Assembly: GCA_001179505.1 (NCBI GenBank)
Contig: CDMY01000435.1
Location: forward strand, 12,465 to 76,464
Reading direction: 5' to 3'
Length of the DNA: 64,000 nt
Source: Vitrella brassicaformis CCMP3155
Lineage: Eukaryota > Protista > Chromerida
Both the position numbers and the translations under genes were made by a program. Below the pieces are notes generated by a model that was not told the origin of the DNA, did not search any database, and saw only the letters and a list, made by a program, of their open reading frames with translations. Positions 48,838 to 62,796 of this stretch are shown in pieces (the stretch's first letter is position 1; each line of letters starts with the position of its first letter).

Positions 48838-50034
48838 GGCCTTCGATGCACTATGAACTGACATGTCTTTTGTACGTGGACTTTCGATATATATAGAAAT
48901 ATAGGTGAATACATGTGTGAGTATACGTGTACCTAGTCGTGCACCTACTTTTTGAACAATTCAAGCTGCACACCTATACATCAAATTGAATTGTGTGCAC
49001 CTGGCAATGTTCTCACATCAAATGTCTCTGTATCCACAAGACGCCTGCACCACGAGCACTGCCAATGGTGAATTGCGAGTGTCGAATTCCCACCGAAAAA
49101 CGCTCATCATCTCGCAGTACTTTTGACAGAAGCTTGCCCTTTTGGGCCCAGAATTGATCAACCGGCAAATGAAAGTCCTCTCCTTGGCATTGTTTTTTCA
49201 GGAGATTTATGTGATACGGCAATATCCAAACACTCCCGAGTGCCGGTTCGCTTCGTAGAGCCTCGTGTACCATGGACGTTATCTCCCGGGGGCCGCCGGT
49301 TGTGACAGGATCACGGTTGGCTCCGAACATAAATTCAAGCTGAACACCTATACAGGAATGATTTGTTTGGAGAGCAGCGGAATTGGCCCTGGAGAGCTCA
49401 GTTGCGTCTCGGAGCAAGTCGGCTCAAAATGTCGTCAACACATCCTTTGACAGCGCCTCCTGCACCATCCACTGCCGTGAAGGCTGTAAGGCCGCTCGCC
49501 TTGCGCGTGAACGGCTCACCCTTTGGTCCTCCTTCGTGGACTCCTTTCCATGCGCGTTCCCAGTCGGGTAAGGAGCAACATGCACGGTGGTTACTAAGGA
49601 CAGGGTTTCTTTCTTCGCATTCTGTGGCTTTGGTGGACACGCTCGGCTTGGCGCTTCGCGCCTGCCTTCGCAGTCGCGTCGTCGCGAATACCCGACGCAG
49701 ATGTCTGTTCGCGATCGGCTGTCGTGTCTCGTGTAAGATTCATTCATCGGTTGGTCCATAACATAGCGCGGTGACGGGAGTCCCCCAGTCCCTCATGAAT
49801 GTGCGCGGAGACAAAGCAGCAGCTCACGATTCCGATGACACAACGGCAATGACTGAAAGACATTGACCCCTCGCGAGGGGGGTGGAGGGAGCAGCTAAGC
49901 GAGCGGCCAGAAATGTGTTGGTGTGTCGTACGTAATGCCGGGGCAATATTCATTGTGCGTAAGCAGATTTTTGTAGTCATATTGTACGTAGTATGGCTCC
50001 CCGTCTGTGCCCCGTCTTCGGCCCATAGATATGC

Positions 50035-50195
50035 GATCGCGAAGGCAAGGGACAAAGCGCTGAACCGAGCACCGATTAGCCACAGATTGACCCAATGCGG
50101 AGGGCACCGAAGGTGTCCGGAGCGCGGCAGGCAGGCCAGTTCGTCTGAGCGATTCATGGGTGGTGGAGCGAGGGATGCGCGAAGCGCAGACCGAC
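50035..50195 (+). repeat. ~165-bp repeat with GAA-triloop hairpins, copy 3 (outside the GT69 duplication)
   Basis: Retains GGGCACCGAAGGTGTCC (50102-50118) and TGCGCGAAGCGCA (50176-50188); flanks are unrelated to copies 1 and 2. Confidence 0.85.
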
Positions 50196-50555
50196 GCAGA
50201 GCGACAGTCGGTCTCCCCTCCCCGCCTCCCCCCCGCGTGACGAAAGCCACACGGAAGTCTCCCCATACACACACTGACTCAACACTCAACACTGGACACT
50301 CGTTCTCAGGATTCTGCAATCGCGCCGCACGTCGCTCAATGTCGGTCAATCTCGCGCTTCAACCAACCAACTAACCAACCAACCAATCTACCGGTGGCGG
50401 TTCACAAAATTTACGTCTCGTACGAAAGCTCGCCGGGGGTGTTTTTTTCTCCTGGTCCGGGGAAACAGAAAAGTGAGCAGAAAGACCTTGAGCGAAGAAC
50501 AGATGGGGAGCAATATGCCTATGTGTGCCGCTGTTGGTCTTCTAGCACCCTCGCC

Positions 50556-53500
50556 ATGGCTCCTCCGGACAACAACAGGACGTCCACTTCAAGGTCGCTC
50601 GCAGCCGCGTCCGGAGAGAGCCTGGGGGCAATGAACATTCCACTGGGGCCTCCCAACAAGGGCGGAAAATCCGGGACAACTGACAAAACATCGGAGGGGA
50701 GGAGAATGATTCGACACACGCTCAACCCCATCATCAAACTGCTGTCCCCATCGCCCTCCACATCATGCAGGCAACACGAAACACCTGCATGGATCCATGG
50801 GGAGTGAACGTGTGCTATACACTGTGTCACGGCAGGCGCATTCTCTACCCTATGTCGCTGAGATTTCGCAAGGAAGACCTGGAGACGACCTATGCGCAGC
50901 ACGTGCAGGTAGGTGCGGGTGGGTGACGGGCAGCAGCCAGAGGGCAACAACCACCATATGTGCCATTTGAGTGGTTCCATACACACACGGCTCGGCTTTG
51001 CAGCGTCAAGCTGCCAAGAATCTGTGGTGGTCGTTGCTGCTCCTTGTGGGGTGCATTGCCCTCGAGTATTCTGCCACAGCACTTCTGACAGAAGGGTTCC
51101 GCCCCAAGCACAAGCCATCCCACTTGGCCTACACTATAGGCGTCTTCACCATCGTGTTATCCGGCGTGTTCGTGAGCGGGATGTCCGCTGTCAAGGGATT
51201 CTACGCCTACATAGAGGTGAGGAGAGTGACCATATGTGCAAGCAGGCCAGCTAAGCGTGCAACGATAGACCTGTTGCTCACCAGTTGATCATATCTCTCG
51301 GCGGGTCGCTGTTGTGCGGTATCCTGGTGTTTCTGGTGGACCACTGGCGGGTGGCTCGGCTGCTCGAGGACATCTCACCCAACACCATATGGAAGAGGTA
51401 TGCAATGCCAGCCAAGGCGGACTGGTGGCTGAGGGGCGTCTTTGTATTTGTGTCTGTTCGTCTCGAGTAGGGATTACTTTTCCGATGGTCCCTTGCTGTT
51501 GGGTCTGATGTCCATTCTGCTATCGATCTGCATCTACCTGCCAGTCAGGTCCATATGCCTATGGCCCGTCTCTATGAGGTACATATCGACGTGTATGGGC
51601 AATCCCGCACAGATACCAACGGGAGAGCACATGTGTTGCCTCATCTTCGTCTGGACGTTCAGCTCGATTTTGTGCTATGCGTTTGCTACGTTCGTGTTCA
51701 ATTCGCCTGACGGCAACCGTCCGGCGGTGCTGAACGTGCTGCTGCTGATACTGCTCAACCACCTGGCGTTTGCAGGCCGCCGGGCACTCGAGGCTCAGCA
51801 GCGGCTGCAGTTCCACGAGGTCTACCAGGCGGGGTTCAAAATCAAATCACTTGAACAGCAGGTAGACAACTAGAGAGGGAAGGAGCGAGGGACGCAGCAA
51901 CCAGCATGAAGCGTCACTTAAACACATGCGACGTCTCTCTCTCTCCCCTTCGCGGCCATGGTCAGATTCAGCAGGTGAACCAGCGCCCACCCACCACACT
52001 CGAGAGCCTCTTCGACTCACTCAAGGACGCAACCAAGAGAATGGACTACGTCAGAACACTCCTACATGTGAGTCGGCGACAGGAGACGGCCCGCTGGCTG
52101 GCGGTACGGGTGAACAAAGGAATGGCTGAACCTGTGTGTTGTGAGCAGGATGACTACCCCGACTTGGCGGCTCAGTTGGAGAGCGGGATAGCTGAGGTAA
52201 AGGAGTCCATCCTGCACCTCACCAGGATCGACACGCTGCTGCAAGTCAATGTCAACGCCATCATCGGTCACAAATAATGCACTTGATGAGATTGACACAC
52301 TGCCACCCTCAGTACGCACCCTACTTACTCGCTTATGCCTCTACGTCTGTCTGTGCGTCTGGGCAGAGCGGCGGACGTCGAGTGTGTCGGTCAACGACAC
52401 CACCAAGAAGTTCATCAAGGAGAACTTTATGCGGGGCAGGACGGAGTCACCCCTCCCGGCAAAAGGCAAAGTATCCAGAAGACCTACCAAGATCAGGTTC
52501 ATACACATATCATGGGCGCGTGGCCACATACGTGTGTTGCATGTGTCTAGATTTTCGGTGATGATGGCTCCCCGAGCAGCTCATGACGGTCACGAGAGCA
52601 CCCGCGCCCTGTGTGAGGGCCTGGGCACCGAGTGGAACTTCAACATGCTGCAGCTCAACGAAGCCACGGCCAATAACGCTCTGGTACGAATGGACTCGCT
52701 CACTTACTCACTCACTAGGGCTGAGGCAGAAACAGGGTGACTCTGTTGGGCGTTGTAGGTGACGGTGGGTATATACGTATTGGAGCCGTTCGTGTCATCT
52801 TCGCTGCGATGCGCGCAGCAGGTGGTGGTCAACTTCCTGTCGGAGATACAGAGGAGATACAAAGCACAGCCCTACCACAACGCTGCACACGGTACATCCA
52901 CATCCATGCCTACGGCGGGACGTCTCTTTCCCCCCCGCATGTCTATCTGTCTGTGTATAGGTGCCGATGTGTGCCACAGCACGCTGTTTCTCGTTCAGCA
53001 TCTGTGCGTCTTCGATAAGATTGACGAGGTGGATCAGCTGGCCGTCATCGTAGCCGCACTCGCACACGATGTCGGACACCCTGCCAGGAGCAACGCATTC
53101 CAGGTTACCAAAGCCACATACACATACCGCTGCCCACAAATCGAAGCGAGGAAGCGCCGCCTCTTGAGCGTGTGTTGTCAGATAGCTATTGGGAGTGACT
53201 TGGCGGTGCGTTACAACGACATGTCTGTGCTGGAAAACTTCCACTCGGCACAGACATTCGAGGTCCGTCCATGCAGTCCCGCGGCAGCTGCATCCTGTCC
53301 CTCTTGTGCTGTGCTGTGCTGTGTTGTGTTGTGTTGTGTTGTCGTGTGTGGGTCAGGTTCTGAGGACGGATGACTGCAACATCATGCAAGGGCGCGAACC
53401 TGAGGAGTGGAGAGCATTCCGGTGGGCGCGGTACACACCGATACAATACACGCGCTCTGTTGATGAGTGGTTATTGAGTGAGTGGTGTGATGTTGATTGA

Positions 53501-55277
53501 CTTGCATCAGCTCTGCAGTCATCGACATGATCCTAGAGACCGACATGAACAAGCACTTTGAGTCCATATCGAAATTCAAGGTATGTCGGCTACCTCCGCC
53601 GCTGCGTGAGCCCATGCATGCACCCGCCATGCATGTTGTGGTCAGGTCCGGATCCAGAATGATGATTTCGACATTGTGACAAGGAGTGAGGACCGTTTCC
53701 TGACGGCCAAGATGTGTGTCAAAGCGGCGGACATCGGGCACTCCACCAAGGAGTGGAACCTCCACTACGCCTGGTCGCAAAAGGTCACCGAGGAGTTCTT
53801 CGAACAGGTCAACACAAACATCACCTTACCCACCGGACTCTGTCCGTCTGTCTGTCTGTGTCTGGAGCCATGTGTTACGCACCTGTGGGATGCGCATGTG
53901 GGTGTGTAGGGCGACGAGGAGCTTGCTCGTGGGCTGCCGGTATCGCCCCTGTGCGATCGGTCCAAGATGGACGAAGTGCCCAAATCGCAAAGCGGGTTCC
54001 TGCAGGTGCGCAGAGAACAAGATGCTGTCTCTCCCCTTGACCTTGCTCGTCTTGTGGTTGCTTGTTTGTGTGTCAGTACGTGTGCCTGGACATATTTCAG
54101 CATCTGGCCTACGTGGAGGAGAAGGTCAAGATGAGCGACTACATGGAGCGCCTCACCCACCACATGACCCACCACAACGGCGCCACCCACCCGGTCTCCG
54201 CCCAGCACTCTAACGTCTCACACCACTCAGAGGCAGACGAACACCACCCCGGAAGAACGCAGCCCGCCGACAAACATACACCCGCTGCGCCTTCAGGGCC
54301 TGCGCAGGGCCCCGCTGCTCACAAAGGGACCACTGGGGCCCCATCATCGAAGCACAGGCGGTCCCAGGGTGACGGGAGCAAGAAGAGGCAGCGGCACCTG
54401 CTGCACTCATGGGGCGGCCGCACCGCCACCAATCAGCTGCAGCTGGAGCCATCGAGGGAACGAAGCATTGGCCTGACCTCATCGCCCGTGTCGGAGGCTG
54501 GCCGCACCGACGCGGACCCCGTGGGGCACTCATCTAATGCTCACCATGGCGGTGGTGTCTCTTCATCGTGTCATGATTTGCCGGATGCCCCGCCCGCACC
54601 GACCTTTGAGGTGCACCGGTGCTGCGTGGAGCAGCTACTGGAGAACAAGATGGAGTGGCAAAGACGGGCTGACGACACCGAGCACAAGAGAAAACATACC
54701 GAAGGGGTCAGCACTGCATGCACGTGTCGAATCCATGCACACACCCACAATTGGTGAGGTTTGGTATCCTGTGCAGGCGGTTGGTCGCAGGGTGCTATTC
54801 AAGGGTGTGGGCGGGCGGGCGGAGGGTGCGGATGAGGTGCCTCCTCCGCTCGACGGCCGTTCCCTCTTGCCGTCACTGGCCGATGAGGAGCCCCTGCCAC
54901 CCCAGAGTGACCTGACGACGTCTCCCCCACCCACATCCCCGCCGCTCTTCAGCGACCACACCGACCCGCCCGCCAGGACACTATCTCCGATGTCCCTGGA
55001 TGCAGACGGGGCACCTGTGGGCCTCATCTCCCCGGGGTCACCCGACATGGGTGACCCGTCATCCCTGCGGCGGCCGCTGGCGGAGCAGATGAAGAGGGTG
55101 GAGGCGGCGCCACCTTCCCTGGCCCCTTCTCGGGCAGGGGGGGCCGTCCGCGTGGACAGTTTGGAAATCGTGGAGAAGGAGGGGCCCCTGTCGTCGACGA
55201 CACCCACACCCGGGGGGAGCCCCACTAGGCCAGGTGGGGACGGCGGGGAGCTAGAAATCAGATTGACGTTATCCTGA
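50556..55277 (+). CDS. Class I 3',5'-cyclic-nucleotide phosphodiesterase with N-terminal multi-pass TM region (apicomplexan PDE-like)
   Basis: WNFNML; YHNAAHG|ADV; AALAHDVGHP; YNDMSVLENFH; ILETDMNKHF; KAADIGH; EEFFEQGD; SPLCDR; SQSGFL; LLENKMEW; several TM helices upstream. Confidence 0.92.
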
Positions 55278-55537
55278 AGAAGAATTCTTCAACCAACGAT
55301 TGCAATTGCGTGTGGTCGTGAGATATGGGGCGTGCATTTTGGGTAGGGTTAGGGTGGTTAGGGGTCACATCATATATATGCGGACGACTCGACACTTGTT
55401 TAGCGACTCGACAACGTTGGCTATAGCTATCATGTTTGTCCTCTGTTTCCGCGCGGTGTCTGTCCGCCGGTCATCCACGCGAAAAGCGTGATCCAATGAA
55501 TCGCAATAATACCCCAGCGGGAACAGGGAACAAATGC

Positions 55538-56474
55538 CTAGTTGACGCTGGCACCACTGCCGCGGGAAAGCACCTTGATGTCGTCTGTCTCGGTCATAGT
55601 GTGCTGCTTCAACCTCTTGCCTGAACCGCACAGCACCATGTCATGTGCATGCTAGCCACCTCCCTGTCGTGTGTGCCATGAGCGCAGTGCAATGACATGT
55701 CATTTTAACACATATATACCGTTTAGGAACCTGAGAAGATAGACCTCCCACTCTTGGGTTGCAGGGTCGCGCACGAGCGTGCCGTAGCCGATACCTGACC
55801 GCCATCCGGTGCCTGCATGCATCCATGGGCAAGCAGCCAACGGGCTCGGCTACAGCAGTGGTGTTGGTGCGTCCGCCCGAGTGTTCCCGTCCTCTCCTCC
55901 TCTCCTGCTCGGCTCACTCCTCACCGTATACGGCCAGCTTGACGTTCGCCTCAGTGTCCCTGACGCTGCCCGTCCAGAACGGATTGTACCACAAAGACTC
56001 GCCCAGCTCCTCCCGCACCTTCGGGTCATTCCTGCATGCATGCACACGGCCAAACGGACACCATGTGTCCTTACTCACGTGTATCAGCCAGCCCGGCATT
56101 GACCCACCTGATTCGGTCCCACACGATCCGCACGGGTTCGGGAAAGTCTGTCAGGAGCCTCACCACCATGACCGCACCCGTGCCCAGCAACACGGCCCCT
56201 GCGAGACCCACCGAGTTCAGGCACCCTTTCCGCCACCAGGTCATGTTGATGAGGAGTCTGCTGACGACGACACAACACAAGGAGCGGAGCAAGGAGTCTG
56301 CTGACCGGGGTGCGCAAGAGGCCTCTCCACCCTTGAACCGCCGTGCCTGAGAAGAAGCAACGCAGGCCGCATATTATTAGGATATTCTTGCGTGCGCACG
56401 CCACGGCGCAATCTGGAACAGACACGCAAATCGTTTGCCTGAGTCGTCCGCCTGTAGATCGCCAATCCAGGCAT
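55538..56474 (-). CDS. Coa1/Tim21-like mitochondrial inner-membrane protein
   Basis: Arg-rich N-terminus, single TM (VGLAGAVLLGTGAVMVV), then CRNDPKVREELGESLWYNPFWTGSV..EANVKLAVYG...GYGTLVRD. First exon tentative. Confidence 0.55.
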
Positions 56475-56501
56475 CTCGTTTCCTTCGCTAGTGTACCGGT
56501 G

Positions 56502-59500
56502 ATGGTGATGGAGCGTGGTCGTGTGTGGGGCAAGTTTAACTACTCGTTTGACATCCGGCTGGAGGGCGACTACGTCATAGCGGTGGGAGGCACGCCCATC
56601 GAGGCTGCAGGAGCAAGCCGCGTTGGCGGCACTGGTGGCGGTGGTGGTGGTGGCGGTGATGGTGGGCACGACATGTATCCGCTGCCACTCAAGTGTGTGT
56701 GGCGGCGCCGGCTTGGCAGTACTGCAGTGGTCATGGACGTCACCTCCAACGTCTACCAGCTGTCGGCAGACGACATGGGTGCATGCATACAGGTCGAGGC
56801 ACAACCTGCGGACGCCGACGACAGGGAATTCCACGGTTCGTGACCAACGAACGGGCGCACAGGGAAATGAAGTGGACGAGCGCATGTGTGCATGCAGGGA
56901 CTGCCGTTGGCGAGATAGGGCCGTTCGATATCCCCACGTCGACCAAGACAGCAATCCTCAACGCAGTCGGTAGGCACATGCGGGGTGCATGAAACTGTCC
57001 GTCCGTCCGTCCGTCCGTCCGTCTGGACAGATTGTCTGTGGGACTGGTGCAGGCCGGGGCGGAACTGTCATGCCGATCATCATCGATAGGCAAGACCTTG
57101 CTTGGATTGTTTGTTTGCGAAGACCGCTATGCGCATTGCATGTGGTTCTTGTTTCTGCAGTGAGGCATCGTCGCCGTCTCCTTGCCGTGGAATGCTTAAG
57201 TTGCCATGTCGGAGTGATGCTGTGGCAAAGAGACAGATGAGGCAGGTGGGGGCGGGGGCAGGGTCGCCGGGAGGAGGGCCCACGACGACCCTCACGCAGA
57301 CCAGGAATGCCAGGCTACTGATCGGCAGGGAACACGTTACCGTGCAAACCACTGGTCACACCACACACGGGCCGGCAGACCGCTAGACCAGGACACTCAC
57401 TGCTTCCAACTCTTCCTCCCGTCTGTCCCGTTGTGCACGTCAGGCTCTGGAGACGGTGAGCACACCACCTTGTACCGTTGTCACTACGATGCGACCAGCC
57501 CACAGATCGTTCTGCACCCCAAAGACCCGCGGAAATTCAAGGTCAGAGGCAATCAGTCCGAGACGAGGCTATTCACTCGCCTGCACTTTATGGCAGGCTC
57601 AAATGCCTGCCTGCTCTGACCTCTCTGCATCCGTATATGCATCAATTCATGCAGCTCATCATAGCCGTCGTGGCGGGTGACGAGGACGAGATGGGCCCAC
57701 GCGAGGCATCCAGTGGGCTTGACGTTCAGGACCAAGACCTGTCGTCCGTCACACTCTGCTGCAGATCCCTCTCGAGGAATCATCGAGACCTTATCGCCCT
57801 CACCATCCGCTGCTTTCAGGCATCGGTGCATCTCGAGACCAACTGCCTTCTGGAGCGACTTCTGCAGCCAGGCTCCACTCAGCCTGCCAGCGGCGTGGAG
57901 CACAAGGCATCAGGCCCGGCACTACCCTCCCATTCGGCCACCAGAGGCAAGCCAACTGCTGGTGTGGATGGTGTCTCTCGCTCCTCGGCATCGTCGGCGT
58001 TGGTGGCGCCCTTGGCGACATCGTCATCTCAGTTGTTGTCTGGAATCGACTCCGGCTGGAGGGGGCTGCAGGTGTACGCGACAGGGGCACTGGGAAGGCT
58101 TGAGCACCTCGCCAAACGGGACACAGGAGGTAATGGCAACGCGAGCACCGAGGGGAGGAGGGCGGCGGGAGCGGGCGGTGATCATCATGGCGACAGGGCT
58201 GATGGGGGGTGGAGCGGGCTGCACCTGCCGTTTGCCTTGCCCTTCGTCACGTCGCCTCTCTTGTCTGCCAGTGGCGCCTCCGGGGCAGCGACAGCATGCG
58301 AGCGGCAGCTCGCATTGGTGCGGCAAGAACAGGACCTCGGCATCATCCTCGCCGCTCAAGTCGCCCGACTTCATGCGGTATAATGTGTACCCTGATCGCA
58401 CAAAAACAGGGGTCGATGGTTCCACTGCTTCACGGTGCTCCCTGCTGTGTAAATGCTGTGCGTGCATCAGGAGCTAGGCAGCGCGGTGGCGTGTAGTTCC
58501 GGTGTTCAGGTGAGATTGCGTCAGACGGAACGTGAGAAGGCCCTTCTTGAGGAGGAGATGGAGGCCACCATCGCGGCGTATCAGACACAACTCAGAGACA
58601 TGAACACGGCAAGGCCAACAGACCAAGACGCTCCCCAGGGCACCCAGACGCCGGGCAGCTTCTCAGTGGGTAAGGGCGACCAATGGAATACCACACTGTC
58701 ATGTTCTCGGATGGTGTGCCTCGTATTCATCACGAGTCCGCCCTTTGACATCCGTTCAGGTGCGTCCACCCAGACGGATGCCTCGTTACGCCCTCCGGTC
58801 GTGTCCACGGTCGTGTCGTCCATAGCGGCTGCGGCCACGCAGACTGAGGGCGGTGAAGGGCAGTCTACCGACAGCAGCCTGCAGCAGGAATTGCGCCGTC
58901 TCAAGCAGGACAAGTACGACCAGGCCCAGAAGATCAAGAGCCTGCAGCACTGCCTCGCCATGAGGCAACAGCAGCAGCAGCAACGAACCAACTTAGACAG
59001 GCACAGCCAGCCCATTGGGACCAGGCCCCCGCCGAAAGACAGGGCCCAGGTGGCGGATTCCGCGAGTCCTTCCGTGCCCCGACTGCCGCCCACCGCACTG
59101 CCGCAGACCAGTGGGGACAACGGGGTGCAGGCACACTGCAACGGCGAGCCGCAGCCACAAGCTAGAAGGGAACAACAAGCAACGCACCCACAGGTGCCTA
59201 CCCAGCGCGGAGACACTGCGGACACGCGGATGTCTATCTATGTGCCTACTTGTGTCTGCGTGTGTCTATTTGTGTACACCCAGGCTACTGCCTCGCATGG
59301 GGACCGTACTGGGTGCGAAGCCAAGGAGGCGTATGAAGACCTTGTGTCTGAGAGGAACCGCCTCACCAAGAAAGTCGAAAGCCTCTCCAAAGGTAGTGGC
59401 TGGGTGGCGGTCGCCATGCCACGAGTGGAGTGCGCTGTGGGTTGTGCGTTATGGGTAATGCCATCAGATTTAGAGCGGGTGAGGCACCAGCATGAAGCGG

Positions 59501-60342
59501 CGCTCGAAAGGCAACTGACGGCTAACACCAGGTACCTAGACAGAAGGGGGCAGACGTGGGACGTATAGCTACCGACCACACCTATCGGATCCGTCTTGCT
59601 TTCTCAGGTTGATCGAGGAGAAGGAGCGCATTGAGGCTGAGGCGAAGCAGATATCGAAGCTCTACCAGGTGTCCCCAAAATGGATTCCCATTTGTTCCAC
59701 AAACCTGTTCTTCCTTTGTATGTATGCCACCCTTCATTCTCAGGACATGATTGAGCAGATGCGTGTGGTCGGGCCAGGGGCCCCACCTGCAGGCCCCGCA
59801 TCGTCCGCCTCTGATGATGCGACTAGCCTGCCCAGCCCGCACGCAGAGGTAGCCAGCTTTGAGGAGTCGAACAAGGGACCAGACGCGTTGGAAGGCCAGG
59901 CAGTAGCAGAAGCGACAGGCACAGCCGGAGCCGTGGGTGTAGGTGAGGCTGGGAGCGGTCAGTCATCGCCCCTTGTGTCAGTGGGCCCGGGCCACCCCGG
60001 TCCTGGGCTCGACGGCCGACAGCAGATGCAGCACCTGACCATGACCATCACCAACCTCACCACACAACTCAACAAACTCGAGGTCGACAAACGAATGCAC
60101 ACACAGGGGTGCGCAGTGAGTAAGAGGTGGACGGGTGGATGGCGCGCCTGTTGTCTTCAGGTAGAGAACTCGACTCTCAAGCGACGGTATGTCATCTGCA
60201 CAATACGTATACAGGCACTGCTCATCCCTCACAAAATCACAGAACGGCCTTGTGATCTGTGCGCAGGCTTAACAAGTTCCTGGCCTCTCCCACCCCCAAT
60301 CAAGCATCCGATAATAAACAGGGGGATCACATGGGTATCTGA
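56502..60342 (+). CDS. Hypothetical protein with Ig-like and PH-like segments (SCAB/AIR9-like) followed by low-complexity and coiled-coil regions
   Basis: LKCVWRR...SNVYQLSADDMGACIQVEAQP; QIVLHPKDPRKF...RNHRDLIALTIRCF; heptad-rich C-terminal exons (LQQELRRLKQDK, ITNLTTQLNKLE). Confidence 0.55.
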
Positions 60343-61444
60343 GACAACGTGTTCTCACGGAAAACAGACTCTTTCTCATTGAGACAGACTCGAGAATCGC
60401 CATGCAGTGAACGAATGAATGAACGAATGGCTGAATGAACGAGTGAGTGGAGCAGTGAACGAATCTACATCGGACAGGCAGCTATTCTGTGAGCTTTCAA
60501 CTTTTTTGTGTGATGACGTTCATCTTTGCAATGATGAATGGATGAGTGAATGAGTGATTGACCAATCAATCAGTACACACAGATGGATCAGCTATCTGGG
60601 TGTGTGCTGCCATCTGTCTGAGCACACCAGCACACTCACAGATCTAGAGAGAGAGATGAATGAGTCCTTCGTCGCCTGGCCTGGCTCCACACACATGCAT
60701 GCATCTCTCCCTCCCATTGTACATCGATATCAGCCCTCCACCGCAATTAATTAAAATGACTATCTCCCCCCTCTAGACTGTACTAGCGGCTGACTGGTTT
60801 CGTCATTCGCCGGTCCGGCGAAGCCAGCCAACGAGCGTCAGTCCTCCAATTACCTCCCCGTCTGCTTCGCCGGCGGTCAAGCAGACGGAAGAGGTGATGG
60901 GTGTTTCTCTACAGGGTGGTCTGCTATATGGGGACCATGTCTGGGTGACGTGAGACGCCCATATGGCCGGCCATCTCGTCGTGGCCAGGCAGGCCAGGAT
61001 GTGATGCATCATTGACTCGCACTGACGCCTACTGACGCCCCATTGCAAGCTCACTGTCATGACACTGATCATTGAGGCCTCTAAGTGGAGCAGAACGACC
61101 ACAACGCTGAAGTCCGTTTCCACTTGAGGAAAATCATACAAGGCACGAGAACAAGCGACCCCTTCCAACAGATTAGGCTCCCCCTCCCCCCTTCTTTAGG
61201 TTTCAGCTAATCCACGGCTTCAGGCCACTGGCACAGGGTGGCAGGTGCATGTTGGGTGGGTGGGATGGGTAGACAGGCCGTGTGCATGCTCCTATGCATG
61301 TGCGTGCAGCTAGTTTAGTGCGTGACATGGACAGGATCCCGTCCAGGGATACAGACACAAGTCTGGCTGAACACAATAAGCAACCAACCCACATCTATTG
61401 ACAGCAACAATCAAAGCACTCGCTACCTACCCATGTACATCGTA

Positions 61445-62587
61445 GCCTGTCCCTGATGGCCACCCCGAGCCCGACCTGCGCCAGATCCCTCCCCGCTTCA
61501 AGTATACCCACCTCCCACCTCCCCAGGATCCCTCCCCCGCCCCTCAACCCGCCGCTCACACACGTCGTGGTCAGCTTGCAGCAGCCCTCCGCCAGGCAGA
61601 GCAGACAGCGCAACAACGGCACGAGGAGCACCTGCAGCGAGAGATCGCCGACGTCGAGAGGGCCATCGAGCAGACCAAGAACGAGTCGGTCGACGTCAAC
61701 AGCATCGCCCTCCCCAGGGGGCTGCACAGAGCCAACACTCACCAGGATGGGAGCGGATGGGTTGCACAGCATGCGGGGTGTCAGCGTTATTTCGGCAATG
61801 ACCTGAACGACGGAGAGAGGAGGGCGCTGCTTGCGGCCCTGAAGTGCAGGAAGCGGCACCTGCAGGGCCACGGGTGTCCCAAATGCAATGACGGGGGGAG
61901 AGGGTGGGAGGAGTTCCAGAAACAGGAGAATCAGAGGCTGAAGGTCAAGCGCATCGACAGATTCATCAAGGAGGTCGAGGCCGGACGTGAGGTGACTCTT
62001 CCCAATGGGATTGGAGTTCACAGGCCGACTTACTCTAAGACCACATGGGTACGAACAGAAACACATCACGTGCATTCGTGGAAATCCGACCCATCAGTCG
62101 TATCATACTGTTTGCGTGCAGCGCATGTCCCACAAGGCGCCCGGTCGACCGCAGTGTCGGATTCCGTTCACTTACGGCACGGTCGACTACCCCACCAGCA
62201 TGGACGCCCTGCTCGCGGCTCTCCAGTGCAAGCGGCAGCACCTGGTGGATGGTCAGTGCGTCGAGTGTGCGCAGCCGGCTGACATGCATGATACCGAGGA
62301 GGCCGAGGAGGCGGGGCCCCAGCTCACGGGCCGTGATGGGCGGCAGCTTGCGGCCATCAATGCTGCACTCGGGGTGATCAAGAACGGCGAGGTGCCGCCT
62401 CTCAAGGGGACAGGTCTCATTCGATACAAGTACCCATCACCATTACGCTGTGATGAAGCACATGCGCAACAAAAAAAAGTGCAGAGAGGCATTTCCGTGG
62501 TGCACCCAGTCTGGCAAGCTGGAAGCAATTCGGGACGCTCTTGTGCTCAAGTACGACCATGTGTCGGGCACGAAGTGCTGTCAATGA
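61445..62587 (+). pseudogene. 5'-truncated, frameshifted copy (C) of the His/Cys repeated family
   Basis: Aligns with copy A from PDLRQIPPRFKY to KLEAIRDALVLKYDHVSGTKCCQ*; frameshifts near 61505 and ~62412; 73-nt intron 62049-62121; followed by the conserved flank to ~62725. Confidence 0.8.
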
Positions 62588-62796
62588 GATTAGTCGCGCA
62601 ATTACTTTCTATGTATGGTCCACTGTGATGGTGGGTCGTTTGTGCGCGCAATGGAGAAATTTTCCCGTTCTAGGCCCTTTCGATTCTTTACGTAGACATA
62701 TGTGTAGATGGACATATATAGTAGGGTCAGGTTTGCCCCGGCATGTCGATAGCGTCAATCAGTCGGTCGACAAAGACTGTGCTCATGTATGCTAAT

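Noticed and set aside
49865-49882. Perfect palindrome CCCCTCGCGAGGGG
   Set aside because: Single 14-bp GC-rich palindrome; plausible by chance, no context.
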